Shown one piece after another: positions 22,216-32,000 of a stretch of 32,000 nt of DNA; within the stretch, counting starts at the first letter, position 1, and the number at the start of each line of letters is the position of its first letter. The notes below the pieces were generated by a model. That model worked only from the letters and a program-made list of their open reading frames with translations. It was not told the origin of the DNA and made no database searches. A program made the translations under genes and the position numbers. This stretch comes from Raphidiopsis brookii D9 (lineage in GTDB: Bacteria; Cyanobacteriota; Cyanobacteriia; Cyanobacteriales; Nostocaceae). The stretch lies in assembly GCA_000175855.1 (NCBI GenBank), contig ACYB01000046.1, forward strand, positions 150,001-182,000, in the 5' to 3' direction.

Positions 22216-22755
22216 ATGAGACGTAAATCAACTCCCAGAACGACTACAAGTTCCAAACCCTCTATTTTTCAATCTCCCATATTTAATTTAACCACCATTG
22301 CTATTTTAGGGGGAGTATTGGTCTTGGGTATTGGCATTGGCATTGCTTTTAGCTCCACCACCACCCTTACTCCCTCAAATGTAGCCAGCCGTGAATTTAT
22401 TGATTTAAAAGCCCCAAACCCAGAAATTTGTGTTCAGTATGGGGCCAGTGCAATGGTTATGGATGCCCGATTATTTGTCACTCTTAACCCATTTAATGTC
22501 TACGTATCACAACCAAATATTCGTCCTGGGTGTGTAATCCGCCAAAATAACTGGGCTATTTTAGAAAACAAGAAACTGGTCACATCGGATCAGGTAAGAG
22601 AGTGTAAAAATCGTCTGAATACTTTTGGATTTACCGGCAATTTGGACAGTGAAAAGCCCGATATTAGATGTATCTATCAAAATGAGGCGGGTCAAAATTT
22701 CTTCTTATCTCAACCAGGTGCAGTAGCGCCCAATCAGGAAACAGATAGATTTTAG
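22216..22755 (+). CDS. Conserved cyanobacterial membrane-anchored protein, DUF3172-like
   Basis: 179 aa, one N-terminal TM (IAILGGVLVLGIGIGIAF), then APNPEICVQYGASAMVMDARLFVTLNPFNVYVSQPNIRPGCVIRQNNWAILE, as I recall for DUF3172 proteins. Confidence 0.75.
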   Translation: MRRKSTPRTTTSSKPSIFQSPIFNLTTIAILGGVLVLGIGIGIAFSSTTTLTPSNVASREFIDLKAPNPEICVQYGASAMVMDARLFVTLNPFNVYVSQPNIRPGCVIRQNNWAILENKKLVTSDQVRECKNRLNTFGFTGNLDSEKPDIRCIYQNEAGQNFFLSQPGAVAPNQETDRF

Positions 22756-22891
22756 TTATTGACATTTATTTTCACTTACCCCAATTTTATCCTCCGTATC
22801 TTGTTAGATATTGTTAAATTTTGTTAAGATTGGAGACGACAAAGATTTATAATTTTTCCTACTCCCTATTCCTTAAATCGAGAGATATTTC

Positions 22892-24565
22892 ATGTTGAGA
22901 CTCGAACACATCAGTAAAATTTACCCCACGGGGGAAGTTCTAAAAGATATTAACTGGGAAGTCAAACCAGGCGATCGCATTGGTTTAGTGGGCGTTAACG
23001 GTGCGGGAAAGTCTACCCAATTGAAAATTATCTCTGGGGAAATAGAGCCCACTGCTGGTCAGATAATTCGTCCTGCTAGTTTGCACATAGCCTATCTTAA
23101 CCAGGAGTTTGAAGTAGATCCCACACGAACAGTTCAGGAAGAGTTTTGGACTGTTTTCAAAGAAGCTAACGCGGTGCAATTAGCACTATATGAAGTGCAG
23201 CGTGACATGGAAACAGCGACCGTAGAACAATTAGACAAACTAATTAATAAGTTAGACAAATTACAACGTCAGTTTGAGTCCCTAGATGGTTATAATCTAG
23301 ATGCTCGCATTGGTAAAATTCTGCCAGAAATGGGTTTTCAGGTAGAAGATGGGGATCGTCTGGTGAGTGCTTTTTCGGGGGGTTGGCAAATGCGCATGAG
23401 TTTGGGCAAAATCCTCTTGCAAAAGCCAGACCTATTACTACTAGACGAACCAACAAACCACTTAGACTTAGAAACTATTGAATGGTTAGAGAATTACCTC
23501 AGGAGTTTGACCACCCCCATGGTAATTATTTCCCATGACCGGGAGTTTTTAGACCGACTTTGCACACAAATTGTCGAAACTGAACGAGGGGTTTCCACCA
23601 CCTATCTAGGTAACTATTCTGCATATCTCCAACAAAAGGCTGAGAATGAAGCGTCTCAGTTAAGTGCCTTTGAACGTCAACAAAAGGAAATAGAAAAACA
23701 GCAAGCGTTTGTAGACAGATTTCGCGCTAGTGCTACTCGCAGCACCCAGGCAAAAAGCAGAGAAAAGCAGTTAGAGAAAGTTGAAAGAATTGAAGCACCA
23801 ACTACAGGGGTGAGAACCCTAAATTTTCGTTTTCCACCCGCACCGCGCAGTGGTAGGGAAGTGGTAGAAATTAAGGACCTTACCCACACCTATGGAGACA
23901 AGATCCTGTTTCTAGGTGCCAACTTGCTCATTGAACGGGGAGACAGGATCGCTTTCTTAGGACCTAATGGAGCAGGAAAGTCTACTCTGTTAAAAATGAT
24001 TACGGGTATGGAAATTCCTACGGAAGGAACTGTTAAACTGGGGGACCATAATGTTATTCCGGGTTATTTTGAACAGAATCAGGCGGAGGCCCTGGATCTA
24101 AATAAAACCGTCATGGAGACTATTCATGATGAAGTTCCTGATTGGAAAAATGAGGAAGTCCGTACGTTGCTGGGAAGGTTTTTATTTGCCGGGGATACGG
24201 TTTTCAAACAGGTAGGAGACCTAAGCGGGGGAGAGAAAGCAAGACTAGCACTGGCAAAGATGCTATTATGCCCAGTTAATTTAATCATTTTGGATGAACC
24301 TACTAATCACTTAGATATTCCCGCTAAAGAAATGTTGGAAGAAGCACTACAAAACTATGATGGTACAGCTATATTAGTGTCTCATGACCGTTACTTTATC
24401 TCCCAGGTGGCAAATAAAATTGTAGAAATTCGAGATGGAGAATTTCGAGTTTATTTAGGAGATTATCACTACTATCTAACTAAGATTGAGGAAGAAAAGG
24501 AACAAGCTAAATTAGCGGCTAAAAAGGCGACAAAAACAGCAAAAGCGGCTGCTAAGAAAAAGTAA
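22892..24565 (+). CDS. ABC-F family ATP-binding protein (two ABC domains, no TM)
   Basis: Two Walker A (GVNGAGKST, GPNGAGKST), signatures SAFSGGWQMR and GDLSGGEKAR, two LDEPTNHLD motifs, Lys/Ala-rich C-terminus. Confidence 0.94.
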   Translation: MLRLEHISKIYPTGEVLKDINWEVKPGDRIGLVGVNGAGKSTQLKIISGEIEPTAGQIIRPASLHIAYLNQEFEVDPTRTVQEEFWTVFKEANAVQLALYEVQRDMETATVEQLDKLINKLDKLQRQFESLDGYNLDARIGKILPEMGFQVEDGDRLVSAFSGGWQMRMSLGKILLQKPDLLLLDEPTNHLDLETIEWLENYLRSLTTPMVIISHDREFLDRLCTQIVETERGVSTTYLGNYSAYLQQKAENEASQLSAFERQQKEIEKQQAFVDRFRASATRSTQAKSREKQLEKVERIEAPTTGVRTLNFRFPPAPRSGREVVEIKDLTHTYGDKILFLGANLLIERGDRIAFLGPNGAGKSTLLKMITGMEIPTEGTVKLGDHNVIPGYFEQNQAEALDLNKTVMETIHDEVPDWKNEEVRTLLGRFLFAGDTVFKQVGDLSGGEKARLALAKMLLCPVNLIILDEPTNHLDIPAKEMLEEALQNYDGTAILVSHDRYFISQVANKIVEIRDGEFRVYLGDYHYYLTKIEEEKEQAKLAAKKATKTAKAAAKKK

Positions 24566-24577
24566 GTTAAAGAACTC

Positions 24578-24599
24578 GGGGACTGAATGGCCTGTCCCC
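24578..24599 (+). terminator. Candidate terminator-type hairpin downstream of the ABC-F gene
   Basis: GGGGAC (24578-24583) - 10 nt loop - GTCCCC (24594-24599), 12 nt after the stop codon. No strong T tract follows. Confidence 0.35.
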
Positions 24600-24739
24600 C
24601 GTTTGCCATCTTCATGAATACTCTAATAATTGTAGATGCTTGCTTGATTATAAAGGTTATCACTTAAACTAACTAATAGCTGATAATTGAGTGATAAGTT
24701 AAGAATTGTGGTGAGGTGCAACCTGTACTTGAGTGTTAG

Positions 24740-25024
24740 TTACTGCTGGGTATTATCCAAAGAGTTTCTCAACCGCATCAGTTGTCTTCTCATTTGAGGA
24801 GAGGCCTTAAATTCAGATATCTCCTGAGCTTTAACAGATGCTTGTAGCATTTCCAAAAATTCATCCGATCCCTCTGTAAGTGCATCTAAGAATACTTGCA
24901 GAAGCTGTTCACGATCTCCCAACAAACTTTTTTCTTCTATTAAGCGAAACTTAAGATGAATTTCACATTCATAAACACCGACTTGGAGATTGTTGACCTG
25001 GCTTGGTAATGCTTTGGAGTTCAT
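24740..25024 (-). CDS. Conserved-looking small protein, 94 aa, possibly of a heterocyst-associated cyanobacterial family
   Basis: MNSKALPSQVNNLQVGVYECEIHLKFRLIEEKSLLGDREQLLQVFLDALTEGSDEFLEMLQASVKAQEISEFKASPQMRRQLMRLRNSLDNTQQ. Coding-like composition; resemblance to the asr1734/Npun_R1517-type family is from memory only. Confidence 0.65.
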   Translation of the reverse strand: MNSKALPSQVNNLQVGVYECEIHLKFRLIEEKSLLGDREQLLQVFLDALTEGSDEFLEMLQASVKAQEISEFKASPQMRRQLMRLRNSLDNTQQ

Positions 25025-25655
25025 AGTTGTGAGGATTCCTTTACTGGGTTAGAAACGGTGTTCATACAGGTGAGGAGCCAAAATATCCAGAAAAAAATAT
25101 TTATATTTTCTCAATATTTTCTCAAACACAGGGAAGACGTAACTTCAGTTTACTCATCTGCTAAATTTGTTTTCCATTCCGCCCTCCATAGTGATGAAAA
25201 ATTGCTTTTAACTGTTCCAATTTTACTCCTCCTTGTGTAGTTGTTGTATGTTGAAGTAGTAAAGCATAATGGGATTTTTAAGTTCTACACAATAAAGGTT
25301 CTGTAAGAACTTGTCCCACCTTTTTAAAAGTTTGTACAACAACTTTATCCAAACGTCAATACTGGGAAAATATATCACTTTATCAACTAGTAATTATATT
25401 TAAATTGATTTTTAAAAGTCTATATGGGTAAGACAATTTGATGTTAAGAACAGTTTTATTAAATAAAAACAGTGCCATTTGTTACATGCATTAAGATTTG
25501 TAACAAAAGTGACATAAAGCTTACGATATTTGATATATATAAGCGAAGTCCTAGCGATTCTGCTAATCAATCCATTTAGAAAATCCAAACAATTAAGATC
25601 GGGCACAACAGTTAAAATAATTGCAGTGTAATTAACCAAAATCCTAGACCTAATT

Positions 25656-26018
25656 ATGGATAACCCAATACTGCTTAAGTCCACAACCCGTCATATTCGC
25701 ATTTTTGCGGCCGAAATAAACAAAGACGAATTAGTCCCTAGCAACCAGGTTCTTACTTTAGACGTTGATCCAGATAACGAATTTAATTGGAGCGAAGATG
25801 CACTACAGAAAGTATATCGTAAATTTGATGAAATTGTAGAATCTTCAGAAGGTGTAGACCTAACAGACTATAATTTACGTCGGATTGGTTCAGATTTGGA
25901 GCATTTTGTGCGATCACTGTTACAAAGAGGTGAGATTAGCTACAATCTTGCTGCTCGTGTCACCAACTACAGCATGGGACTACCCCAAGTTGCAGTTAAG
26001 GTAAATGAAAGTTTCTAA
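25656..26018 (+). CDS. ndhM: NAD(P)H-quinone oxidoreductase subunit M
   Basis: LLKSTTRHIRIFAAEINKDELVPSNQVLTLDVDPDNEFNWSEDALQKVYRKFDE...YNLRRIGSDLEHFVRSLLQRGEISYN. Confidence 0.93.
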   Translation: MDNPILLKSTTRHIRIFAAEINKDELVPSNQVLTLDVDPDNEFNWSEDALQKVYRKFDEIVESSEGVDLTDYNLRRIGSDLEHFVRSLLQRGEISYNLAARVTNYSMGLPQVAVKVNESF

Positions 26019-26105
26019 CCCATCAACAAAATTAGGGATCTGGTAAACCCAGACTCTAAAAAGTTCGGGAACACTAATTGCTAGTCGCTGCTTGGTGCGA
26101 GAAAT

Positions 26106-28013
26106 ATGGAAAATGAAGTGGCAATGCTTTTCTGCCCAAACGAATATTGTCAAGCCCCCAATCCTCTAAACCACAGGTTTTGCCAGAGATGCTCCACACC
26201 CTTACCTAGGCGTTATCTGTGGACGGTGGGGGTTCATGATGTGGGTAATCCGGGAAAAATTGTGGGAGACCGTTATGTAATCATTGAGGGGTCGATAATT
26301 TTAGATCTCAAACCCGGATTACCACCCCAAGCACCTGATTTAGCTTATTTAGATCAAGTCAAGCCCTATCTAAAACTTATCCCCCACCGCCTGCACATAC
26401 CACAGATTTATGGAGTTCTTCCTGTAACTGAACCAGAAGCTAGAACAAATACACTGCTGTTGGAAGCCATACCCCTAATCCATGACAATGAAAACCAGCA
26501 AGTACATTTGTGGAGCGACCTAATCACAGCTTGGGGTAAAGCTTCTTCCATACGACAAATTAATTGGTTGTGGCAAATAGCGAGATTATGGCAACCCCTA
26601 TACGAGCAAGGGGTTGCTAGTAGTTTGTTAGACTGGGACTTAATTAGAGTCCAAGGGGGATTAGTTAAGGTCCTGGAACTACGTACTGACAGCTCTTATA
26701 TAAACCTGTCACAGTTAGGAAAAGCTTGGCAACAACTTTTAACACATACTCGACCGTTCTTTGTGGACTTGCTCAACCAGGTTTGTGAATCTTTGATTAA
26801 CGAAGAAATTACTTCGTCTAAACATTTAACTATAATTTTAGACGAAGCGCTATCACAAATAGACAAGTTGCAAAAAAACACTTCAAGCATTGCCGTAAAA
26901 ATTTTGACTCAAACTGATCCAGGTCCAAGTCGTCAAAGAAATGAGGACTCCTGCTATCCATCTCCAGACATTGTAGTTAGTCTATCTTCCCCAAGGGATG
27001 GTCTAGCTATTGTTTGCGATGGTATTGGCGGACATGAAGGAGGAGATATAGCATCCGATTTAGCAGTAAAGACCATTGTAGCACAAGTAGAAGAAATATT
27101 AACAATTCAGGGAAGTGTAGACAACTATAGAGATTCACAAACAGTCGTTCAAATGTTGGAACTAGCAGTAGCACTAGCAAACGATAAGATCAGCGAGCAG
27201 AACGATATTGATCACCGTCAAGGTCGTCAGAGAATGGGAACCACCCTAGTCATGGCCATACCCATTGCTCACCAGATGTACATTACCCATCTGGGAGACA
27301 GTCGTGCTTATTGGATTACCGATCATGGTTGTTATCAGGTGACCCTGGATGATGATGTAGCTTCCCGTGAGGTGCGTTTAGGTTATGCCACTTACCGTGA
27401 AGCCATACAACATCGTGGTTCAGGTTCCTTAATTCAGGCTCTTGGTATGGGTACTAGCGCTTTACTTTCCCCCACTTGTGAGCGGTTTATTCTGGATGAG
27501 GATGGTATTTTCCTCCTGAGTTCTGATGGACTGACAGATTTTGATCGGGTAGAGGACCACTGGGAAACCGAAATCCTACCTGTTTTGCGCGGGAAGTCTA
27601 ATTTACAAACTACCGCATCTCGACTGGTAGAAATTGCTAATACTAAGAATGGGCATGATAATGTCACTATTGCTCTGTTACATTATCAAGTTCAATATCA
27701 AGAGCCCAGTGCAGTGCTAGAGGCAAAAATTCCGCCCATTAGTTTCGGTAAAACAGTTAATATAACCGGTAGTAATTCCCAAGCAAGGGATGTAAATTAT
27801 TTCCCCCAATCAACTCGGGTGATTCCTGAAACTCCAGGTATTAAGGATCATAAACGCAAAATCCCCATACGGCTATTAATTCTGTTAGCTGTACTTTTAG
27901 GGGCCGGATTTTTAGGATCCTGGCTCAACCGAGAAACAAAATCCCCGGTTCCTGTTTCTACACCTACCCCATCGGTGAAAACTATAATTTACTTTTATCA
28001 TACTAACTGGTAA
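26106..28013 (+). CDS. Zinc-ribbon / PP2C-type Ser/Thr protein phosphatase with C-terminal TM segment
   Basis: N-terminal CX4C-X10-CX2C (CPNEYC...CQRC). PP2C motifs DPGPSRQRNEDS, AIVCDGIGGHEGG, GTTLVMA, THLGDSRAYW, LLSSDGLTD, KNGHDNVTI. TM segment LLILLAVLLGAGFLGSWL. Confidence 0.88.
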   Translation: MENEVAMLFCPNEYCQAPNPLNHRFCQRCSTPLPRRYLWTVGVHDVGNPGKIVGDRYVIIEGSIILDLKPGLPPQAPDLAYLDQVKPYLKLIPHRLHIPQIYGVLPVTEPEARTNTLLLEAIPLIHDNENQQVHLWSDLITAWGKASSIRQINWLWQIARLWQPLYEQGVASSLLDWDLIRVQGGLVKVLELRTDSSYINLSQLGKAWQQLLTHTRPFFVDLLNQVCESLINEEITSSKHLTIILDEALSQIDKLQKNTSSIAVKILTQTDPGPSRQRNEDSCYPSPDIVVSLSSPRDGLAIVCDGIGGHEGGDIASDLAVKTIVAQVEEILTIQGSVDNYRDSQTVVQMLELAVALANDKISEQNDIDHRQGRQRMGTTLVMAIPIAHQMYITHLGDSRAYWITDHGCYQVTLDDDVASREVRLGYATYREAIQHRGSGSLIQALGMGTSALLSPTCERFILDEDGIFLLSSDGLTDFDRVEDHWETEILPVLRGKSNLQTTASRLVEIANTKNGHDNVTIALLHYQVQYQEPSAVLEAKIPPISFGKTVNITGSNSQARDVNYFPQSTRVIPETPGIKDHKRKIPIRLLILLAVLLGAGFLGSWLNRETKSPVPVSTPTPSVKTIIYFYHTNW

Positions 28014-28037
28014 GTGGAATTTATCTGGCGTTTACAA

Positions 28038-28883
28038 ATGCATCAACATACTTTAGCTGCTGAAATTTGCCAAACGGGTGTGGGACTTCATAGTGGTGTA
28101 AATAGTACCGTGCGAATACTACCAGCTCCAAGCGGGAGCAAACGCTACTTTGTGAGGGTCGATTTACCTAATTTGCCAATTATTCCCGCTGAAATCGCAG
28201 CAGTTAATCAAACTCTCCTCTCTACTGAATTAGGCACGGGAAACGCTTGCATACGCACAGTAGAGCATTTACTAGCGTCCTTGGCTACTATGGGTGTAGA
28301 TAATGCCCGGATTGAAATTGACGGATCCGAAGTACCACTTTTAGATGGTTCCGCTCAAGTGTGGACTAATAGCATTGCTGCTGTAGGATTAACTTCACAA
28401 CCCGTTATTGATCAGTCTTTTCCCATAGTAATTAAGGAACCTATCTACGTTTATGACAAGGACGCATTTGTTTGTGTCTTACCTGGAGAGGATACACGTT
28501 TTAGCTATGGAATTGATTTTGATGTACCAGCAATTGGCAATCAATGGTACAGTTTTGTCCTTTGCCATGGGGAAGATATTCCCCATTCCTTTCTCACCGA
28601 AATTGCCCCAGCTCGAACCTTTGCCCTCTTACATCAAATTGAACATCTACAAAAATCCGGTTTAATCAAAGGTGGTACTCTGGAAAACGCCCTAGTTTGC
28701 GGAATGGATGGCTGGGTAAATCCACCATTAAGATTTATGAATGAACCTGTCAGACATAAAATCCTCGACCTAGTGGGTGATATCAGCCTATTAGGACAGT
28801 TTCCCAAGGGCCACTTTCTAGCCTACAAAGCTAGTCATCACTTGCATATCCAGTTAGCACGTAAAATTTTAGAGAGTGTCTGA
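28038..28883 (+). CDS. lpxC: UDP-3-O-acyl-N-acetylglucosamine deacetylase
   Basis: [70 protein letters not shown]. Start MHQHTLAAE at 28038 preferred over track start 28014. Confidence 0.96.
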   Translation: MHQHTLAAEICQTGVGLHSGVNSTVRILPAPSGSKRYFVRVDLPNLPIIPAEIAAVNQTLLSTELGTGNACIRTVEHLLASLATMGVDNARIEIDGSEVPLLDGSAQVWTNSIAAVGLTSQPVIDQSFPIVIKEPIYVYDKDAFVCVLPGEDTRFSYGIDFDVPAIGNQWYSFVLCHGEDIPHSFLTEIAPARTFALLHQIEHLQKSGLIKGGTLENALVCGMDGWVNPPLRFMNEPVRHKILDLVGDISLLGQFPKGHFLAYKASHHLHIQLARKILESV

Positions 28884-28968
28884 AAAGTTGTGCTAAAAAT
28901 TAAGTAAACTTTAAGATTATACGCTATTATCTAGGCTAATTTAGCTTCCCACATCTCAATCAAATCCA

Positions 28969-29490
28969 TTGCCAATGTTAACCTTCAGCCAAACCAATTT
29001 TATCCAAGTGACTACATCCCAAGGAGAAGACCAAACCATTAATACATCAGCAACTAAAACAACTTTCACCATAGAAGAGATTCAGCAACTAATACCCCAT
29101 CGCTACCCGTTTTTACTAGTAGATAAAATAGTTGACTATATTCCGGGAAAGTTGGCTGTAGGTATAAAAAATGTTACTTTTAACGAGCCTCAGTTCCAGG
29201 GACATTTTCCCGGACGCTCCCTAATGCCAGGGGTTCTAATTGTGGAAGCTATGGCTCAAGTTGGAGGGGTTGTTATGAGTCAAATGCCTAATATGCCTGA
29301 GGGACTGTTTGTATTTGTAGGTATTGACAAAGTGCGGTTTCGTCGTCAAGTGGTACCCGGTGACCAATTAATTATGACTGTGGAACTATTATCTGTCAAA
29401 CAACGTCGGTTTGGAAAAATGCAGGGTCGAGCTGAAGTTGACGGAAATCTCGCCGCTGAGGGAGAACTAATGTTCTCTTTAATTAGTTAA
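28969..29490 (+). CDS. fabZ: 3-hydroxyacyl-[acyl-carrier-protein] dehydratase FabZ
   Basis: [52 protein letters not shown]. Confidence 0.95.
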   Translation: MPMLTFSQTNFIQVTTSQGEDQTINTSATKTTFTIEEIQQLIPHRYPFLLVDKIVDYIPGKLAVGIKNVTFNEPQFQGHFPGRSLMPGVLIVEAMAQVGGVVMSQMPNMPEGLFVFVGIDKVRFRRQVVPGDQLIMTVELLSVKQRRFGKMQGRAEVDGNLAAEGELMFSLIS

Positions 29491-29677
29491 AATTAGGACA
29501 GATAAAAAACCTGCGTATTTAGATGTAGCAGTGAAGCACATTACTCTAATTAATAAGTATTTTGTCGTCCCTGCTCCCTAATTCCAAATCTCATTCACAT
29601 TTCAAATTCGTCTTCCTCACACACCACTTAATTTTGCCCGACACTTTGTCTATGAAACCAGTTCTGGAGAGTCACCC

Positions 29678-30502
29678 TTGAAGACACTTATTCATCCAAC
29701 TGCTGTAATACATCCTAACGCGGAACTCCACTCAACGGTGCAAGTAGGTGCCTATGCTGTGATTGGAGCGAATGTTCAAGTCGGACCAGAAACCGTTATT
29801 GGTGCCCATGCGGTGGTGGAAGGACCATGTAAAATTGGATCGGGAAATCACATTTTTCCAGGTGCTGTAATCGGTATGGAACCCCAAGACCTGAAATATG
29901 TGGGAGAACTATCTTGGGTTAAGATTGGTGATAATAATGCCATTCGTGAGTATGTGACTATTAACCGGGCTACGGGTCATGGTGAAGCAACAGTTATTGG
30001 TAATGGTAATCTGCTGATGGCTTATGTCCATGTGGGTCACAATTGCATAATTGAAGACTCAGTTATTATTGCTAACTCGGTAGCTTTGGCTGGTCATGTA
30101 CATATTGAGTCCCGAGCTAGACTCAGTGGGGTTTTGGGTGTTCACCAATTTGTCCACATTGGTGGTATGTCCATGATTGGGGGGATGACACGTATTGATC
30201 GGGATGTTCCTCCCTATATGTTAGTTGAAGGAAATCCATCCCGCATCCGATCACTCAATTTGGTAGGACTAAAGCGCTCAGGAATGCCGATAAATGAGTT
30301 TCAACTACTGAAAAAGGCTTTTCGTATTCTCTATTGCTCTAATGTGTTGTTTAAGGATGCTTTATCTGAGTTGGAACTATTAGGGGATACATCACAGCTA
30401 AAACATTTACGTCGGTTCTTGCTACTTTCACAAATGCCAGGAAGAAGGGGGTTGATTCCGGGGAAAAGTCCCACCAAAGGTAGTGACAATAATGAGTTGT
30501 GA
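29678..30502 (+). CDS. lpxA: Acyl-[acyl-carrier-protein]--UDP-N-acetylglucosamine O-acyltransferase
   Basis: Hexapeptide repeats, IHPTAVIHPNAELHSTVQVGAYAVIG, IREYVTINRATGHGEATVIG, AHVGHNC-type motif (YVHVGHNCIIEDS), GLKRSGM. Confidence 0.96.
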   Translation: MKTLIHPTAVIHPNAELHSTVQVGAYAVIGANVQVGPETVIGAHAVVEGPCKIGSGNHIFPGAVIGMEPQDLKYVGELSWVKIGDNNAIREYVTINRATGHGEATVIGNGNLLMAYVHVGHNCIIEDSVIIANSVALAGHVHIESRARLSGVLGVHQFVHIGGMSMIGGMTRIDRDVPPYMLVEGNPSRIRSLNLVGLKRSGMPINEFQLLKKAFRILYCSNVLFKDALSELELLGDTSQLKHLRRFLLLSQMPGRRGLIPGKSPTKGSDNNEL

Positions 30503-30660
30503 TTGGCTAGTTAGCTAGTCTTGACAAATTATGAATGATGAGTTTACTTATATTTATAAACTAGTACATTAAGTATACTAAACTAATATAATAAGTACTC
30601 ATCATTTGGCTGAAATGCTAGAGCGCCTATAATGTCTAACTCATTTAAAATCTAAAGTTC

Positions 30661-31816
30661 ATGCGAGTATTTATCAGTACTGGGGAAGTTTCGGGAGATT
30701 TACAGGGTGCGATGTTAATCACAGCACTGAAAAATCAAGCTGCTACTTTGGGCTTGCCATTAGAGATAGTAGCACTAGGTGGATCCCAAATGGCTAAAGC
30801 TGGAGCAAGAGTTTTGGGGGATACTAGTGGTATTGGTTCCATGGGAATTGTGGAAGCATTGCCATATATCATACCAACTATTATGATGCAAAGACAGGCG
30901 ATCGCCTATTTAAAAAAAAATCCCCCGGATATCATAGTGTTAATTGACTACATGACCCCTAATATGGGGATTGGTAGTTATATGCAGCAGCATTTTCCCC
31001 AGGTTCCTGTAGTATATTACATTGCTCCTCAAGAATGGGTATGGTCAATGAGTTTAGACAGAACTAGGAAAATAGTCAATTTTACTGATAAGTTATTAGC
31101 AATTTTTCCGGAAGAAGCCCGTTATTATCAAGCGAAGGGAGCTAATGTTAATTGGGTGGGTCATCCTTTAGTGGATAAAATGGTCAACACACCTAGTCGT
31201 GAAAGTGCCAGAAAGATATTAGGCATTCAGGAGCAAGAATTGGCGATCGCCCTTTTACCCGCTTCCCGTCATCAAGAGTTGAAATATTTACTACCTGGGA
31301 TTTTCCAAGCGGCAAAAAATATACAATCACAGTTACCAAAAGCAAATTTTCTGATTCCCTTATCTTTAGAAAGATTTCGGGGAAAAGTTACCAGAGCGAT
31401 TAAGGATTATGGATTAAAAGCCAGAATATTTTCTGTAAACCAGCAGGAAATTTTTGCTGCTGCTGATCTGGCAATTACAAAATCTGGCACAGCCAATTTA
31501 GAGTTAGCTCTAGCGAATGTTCCTCAAGTAGTTGTTTATAGTCTGAGTCCCTTTACTGCTTGGGTTGGTAGAAAGATTCTGAAAGGATCAATTCCTTTTG
31601 CTTCCCCCGTAAATTTAGTTCTCATGCGAGAAATTGTGCCAGAGCTATTACAGGAAAAAGCAACAGCAGATAATATTACTAAAGCAGCAATGGAATTATT
31701 ATTAAACAGGGAAAAAAGAACAAAAAACTCTATTGGATTATCAAGAGATGCGTCAGTGTTTGGGAGAAGTAGGAGTTTGCGATCGCGCAGCTAAAGAGAT
31801 TTTAGCGATGATATAA
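30661..31816 (+). CDS. lpxB: Lipid-A-disaccharide synthase; C-terminal frame broken by a 1-nt insertion in the A6 run near 31723-31728
   Basis: MRVFISTGEVSGDLQGAMLITAL...VVYYIAPQEWVWS...VGHPLVD...LPASRHQELKYLLP. The track ORF ends in frameshifted NSIGLSRDASVFGRSRSLRSRS; the alternative frame reads LLDYQEMRQCLGEVGVCDRAAKEILAMI-stop at 31816. Confidence 0.93.
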
Positions 31817-31878
31817 ATTGATTGGCTTGTGACCTATAAATAATAATCATTGACAACAGAAGTTGCCAGAATTTACAC

Positions 31879-32000
31879 TTAATCATTGCTAATAATTACT
31901 GAGTTTTCCCCATCGTTCCTACTACTCTTACCGAGAAGTATTTTAAATAGTTGACTAATATGTTTGACACCGCTGAGAATAACTAAAGTTAATACTCCAC
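31879..32000 (-). CDS. Possible C-terminal fragment of a CDS running off the window edge
   Basis: Open minus frame to the edge: GVLTLVILSGVKHISQLFKILLGKSSRNDGENSVIISND-stop; short, no recognised domain. Confidence 0.25.
   Translation of the reverse strand, partial: GVLTLVILSGVKHISQLFKILLGKSSRNDGENSVIISND

Noticed and set aside
25058-25240. 60-aa plus-strand ORF in the AT-rich spacer
   Set aside because: No domain, low complexity, inside probable regulatory region.
25412-25684. 90-aa minus-strand ORF upstream of ndhM
   Set aside because: Overlaps the ndhM start, AT-rich spacer, Ile/Leu/Asn/Cys composition typical of random AT-rich translation.
31730-31794. SR-rich C-terminal tail of LpxB (SRDASVFGRSRSLRSRS) as a novel appendage
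   Set aside because: Explained by a frameshift at the A6 run; the alternative frame gives a standard LpxB C-terminus.

Overview
The window is a conserved chromosomal segment from a cyanobacterium. HIP1 octamers, NdhM, NdhN and Rca with a RbcS-like tail point to a filamentous/heterocystous lineage; a Raphidiopsis/Cylindrospermopsis-like source is only a guess. The minus strand carries the S10-spc-alpha ribosomal supercluster, rplC through rplQ, continuing into truA-rplM-rpsI-rpmE-prfA, then gpmI, secG and rca. The plus strand carries ndhN, a DUF3172-like protein, an ABC-F ATPase, ndhM, a zinc-ribbon/PP2C phosphatase and lpxC-fabZ-lpxA-lpxB. I found no CRISPR array, transposon, rRNA/tRNA, phage, toxin-antitoxin or biosynthetic cluster, and no convincing new system. 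The main result is that four conserved genes (rca, rpsH, ndhN, lpxB) are each broken in the ORF track by a single-base indel in a 5-6 nt homopolymer. One of them, rpsH, is essential, so this looks like a base-calling problem rather than biology until resequenced. Second-look items are degenerate heptamer mini-arrays and hairpins in the spacers of the ribosomal cluster, a structured 865 bp divergent leader between rplC and ndhN, a possible pseudokinase-like segment in the PP2C protein, and a small conserved-looking ORF at 24740-25024.
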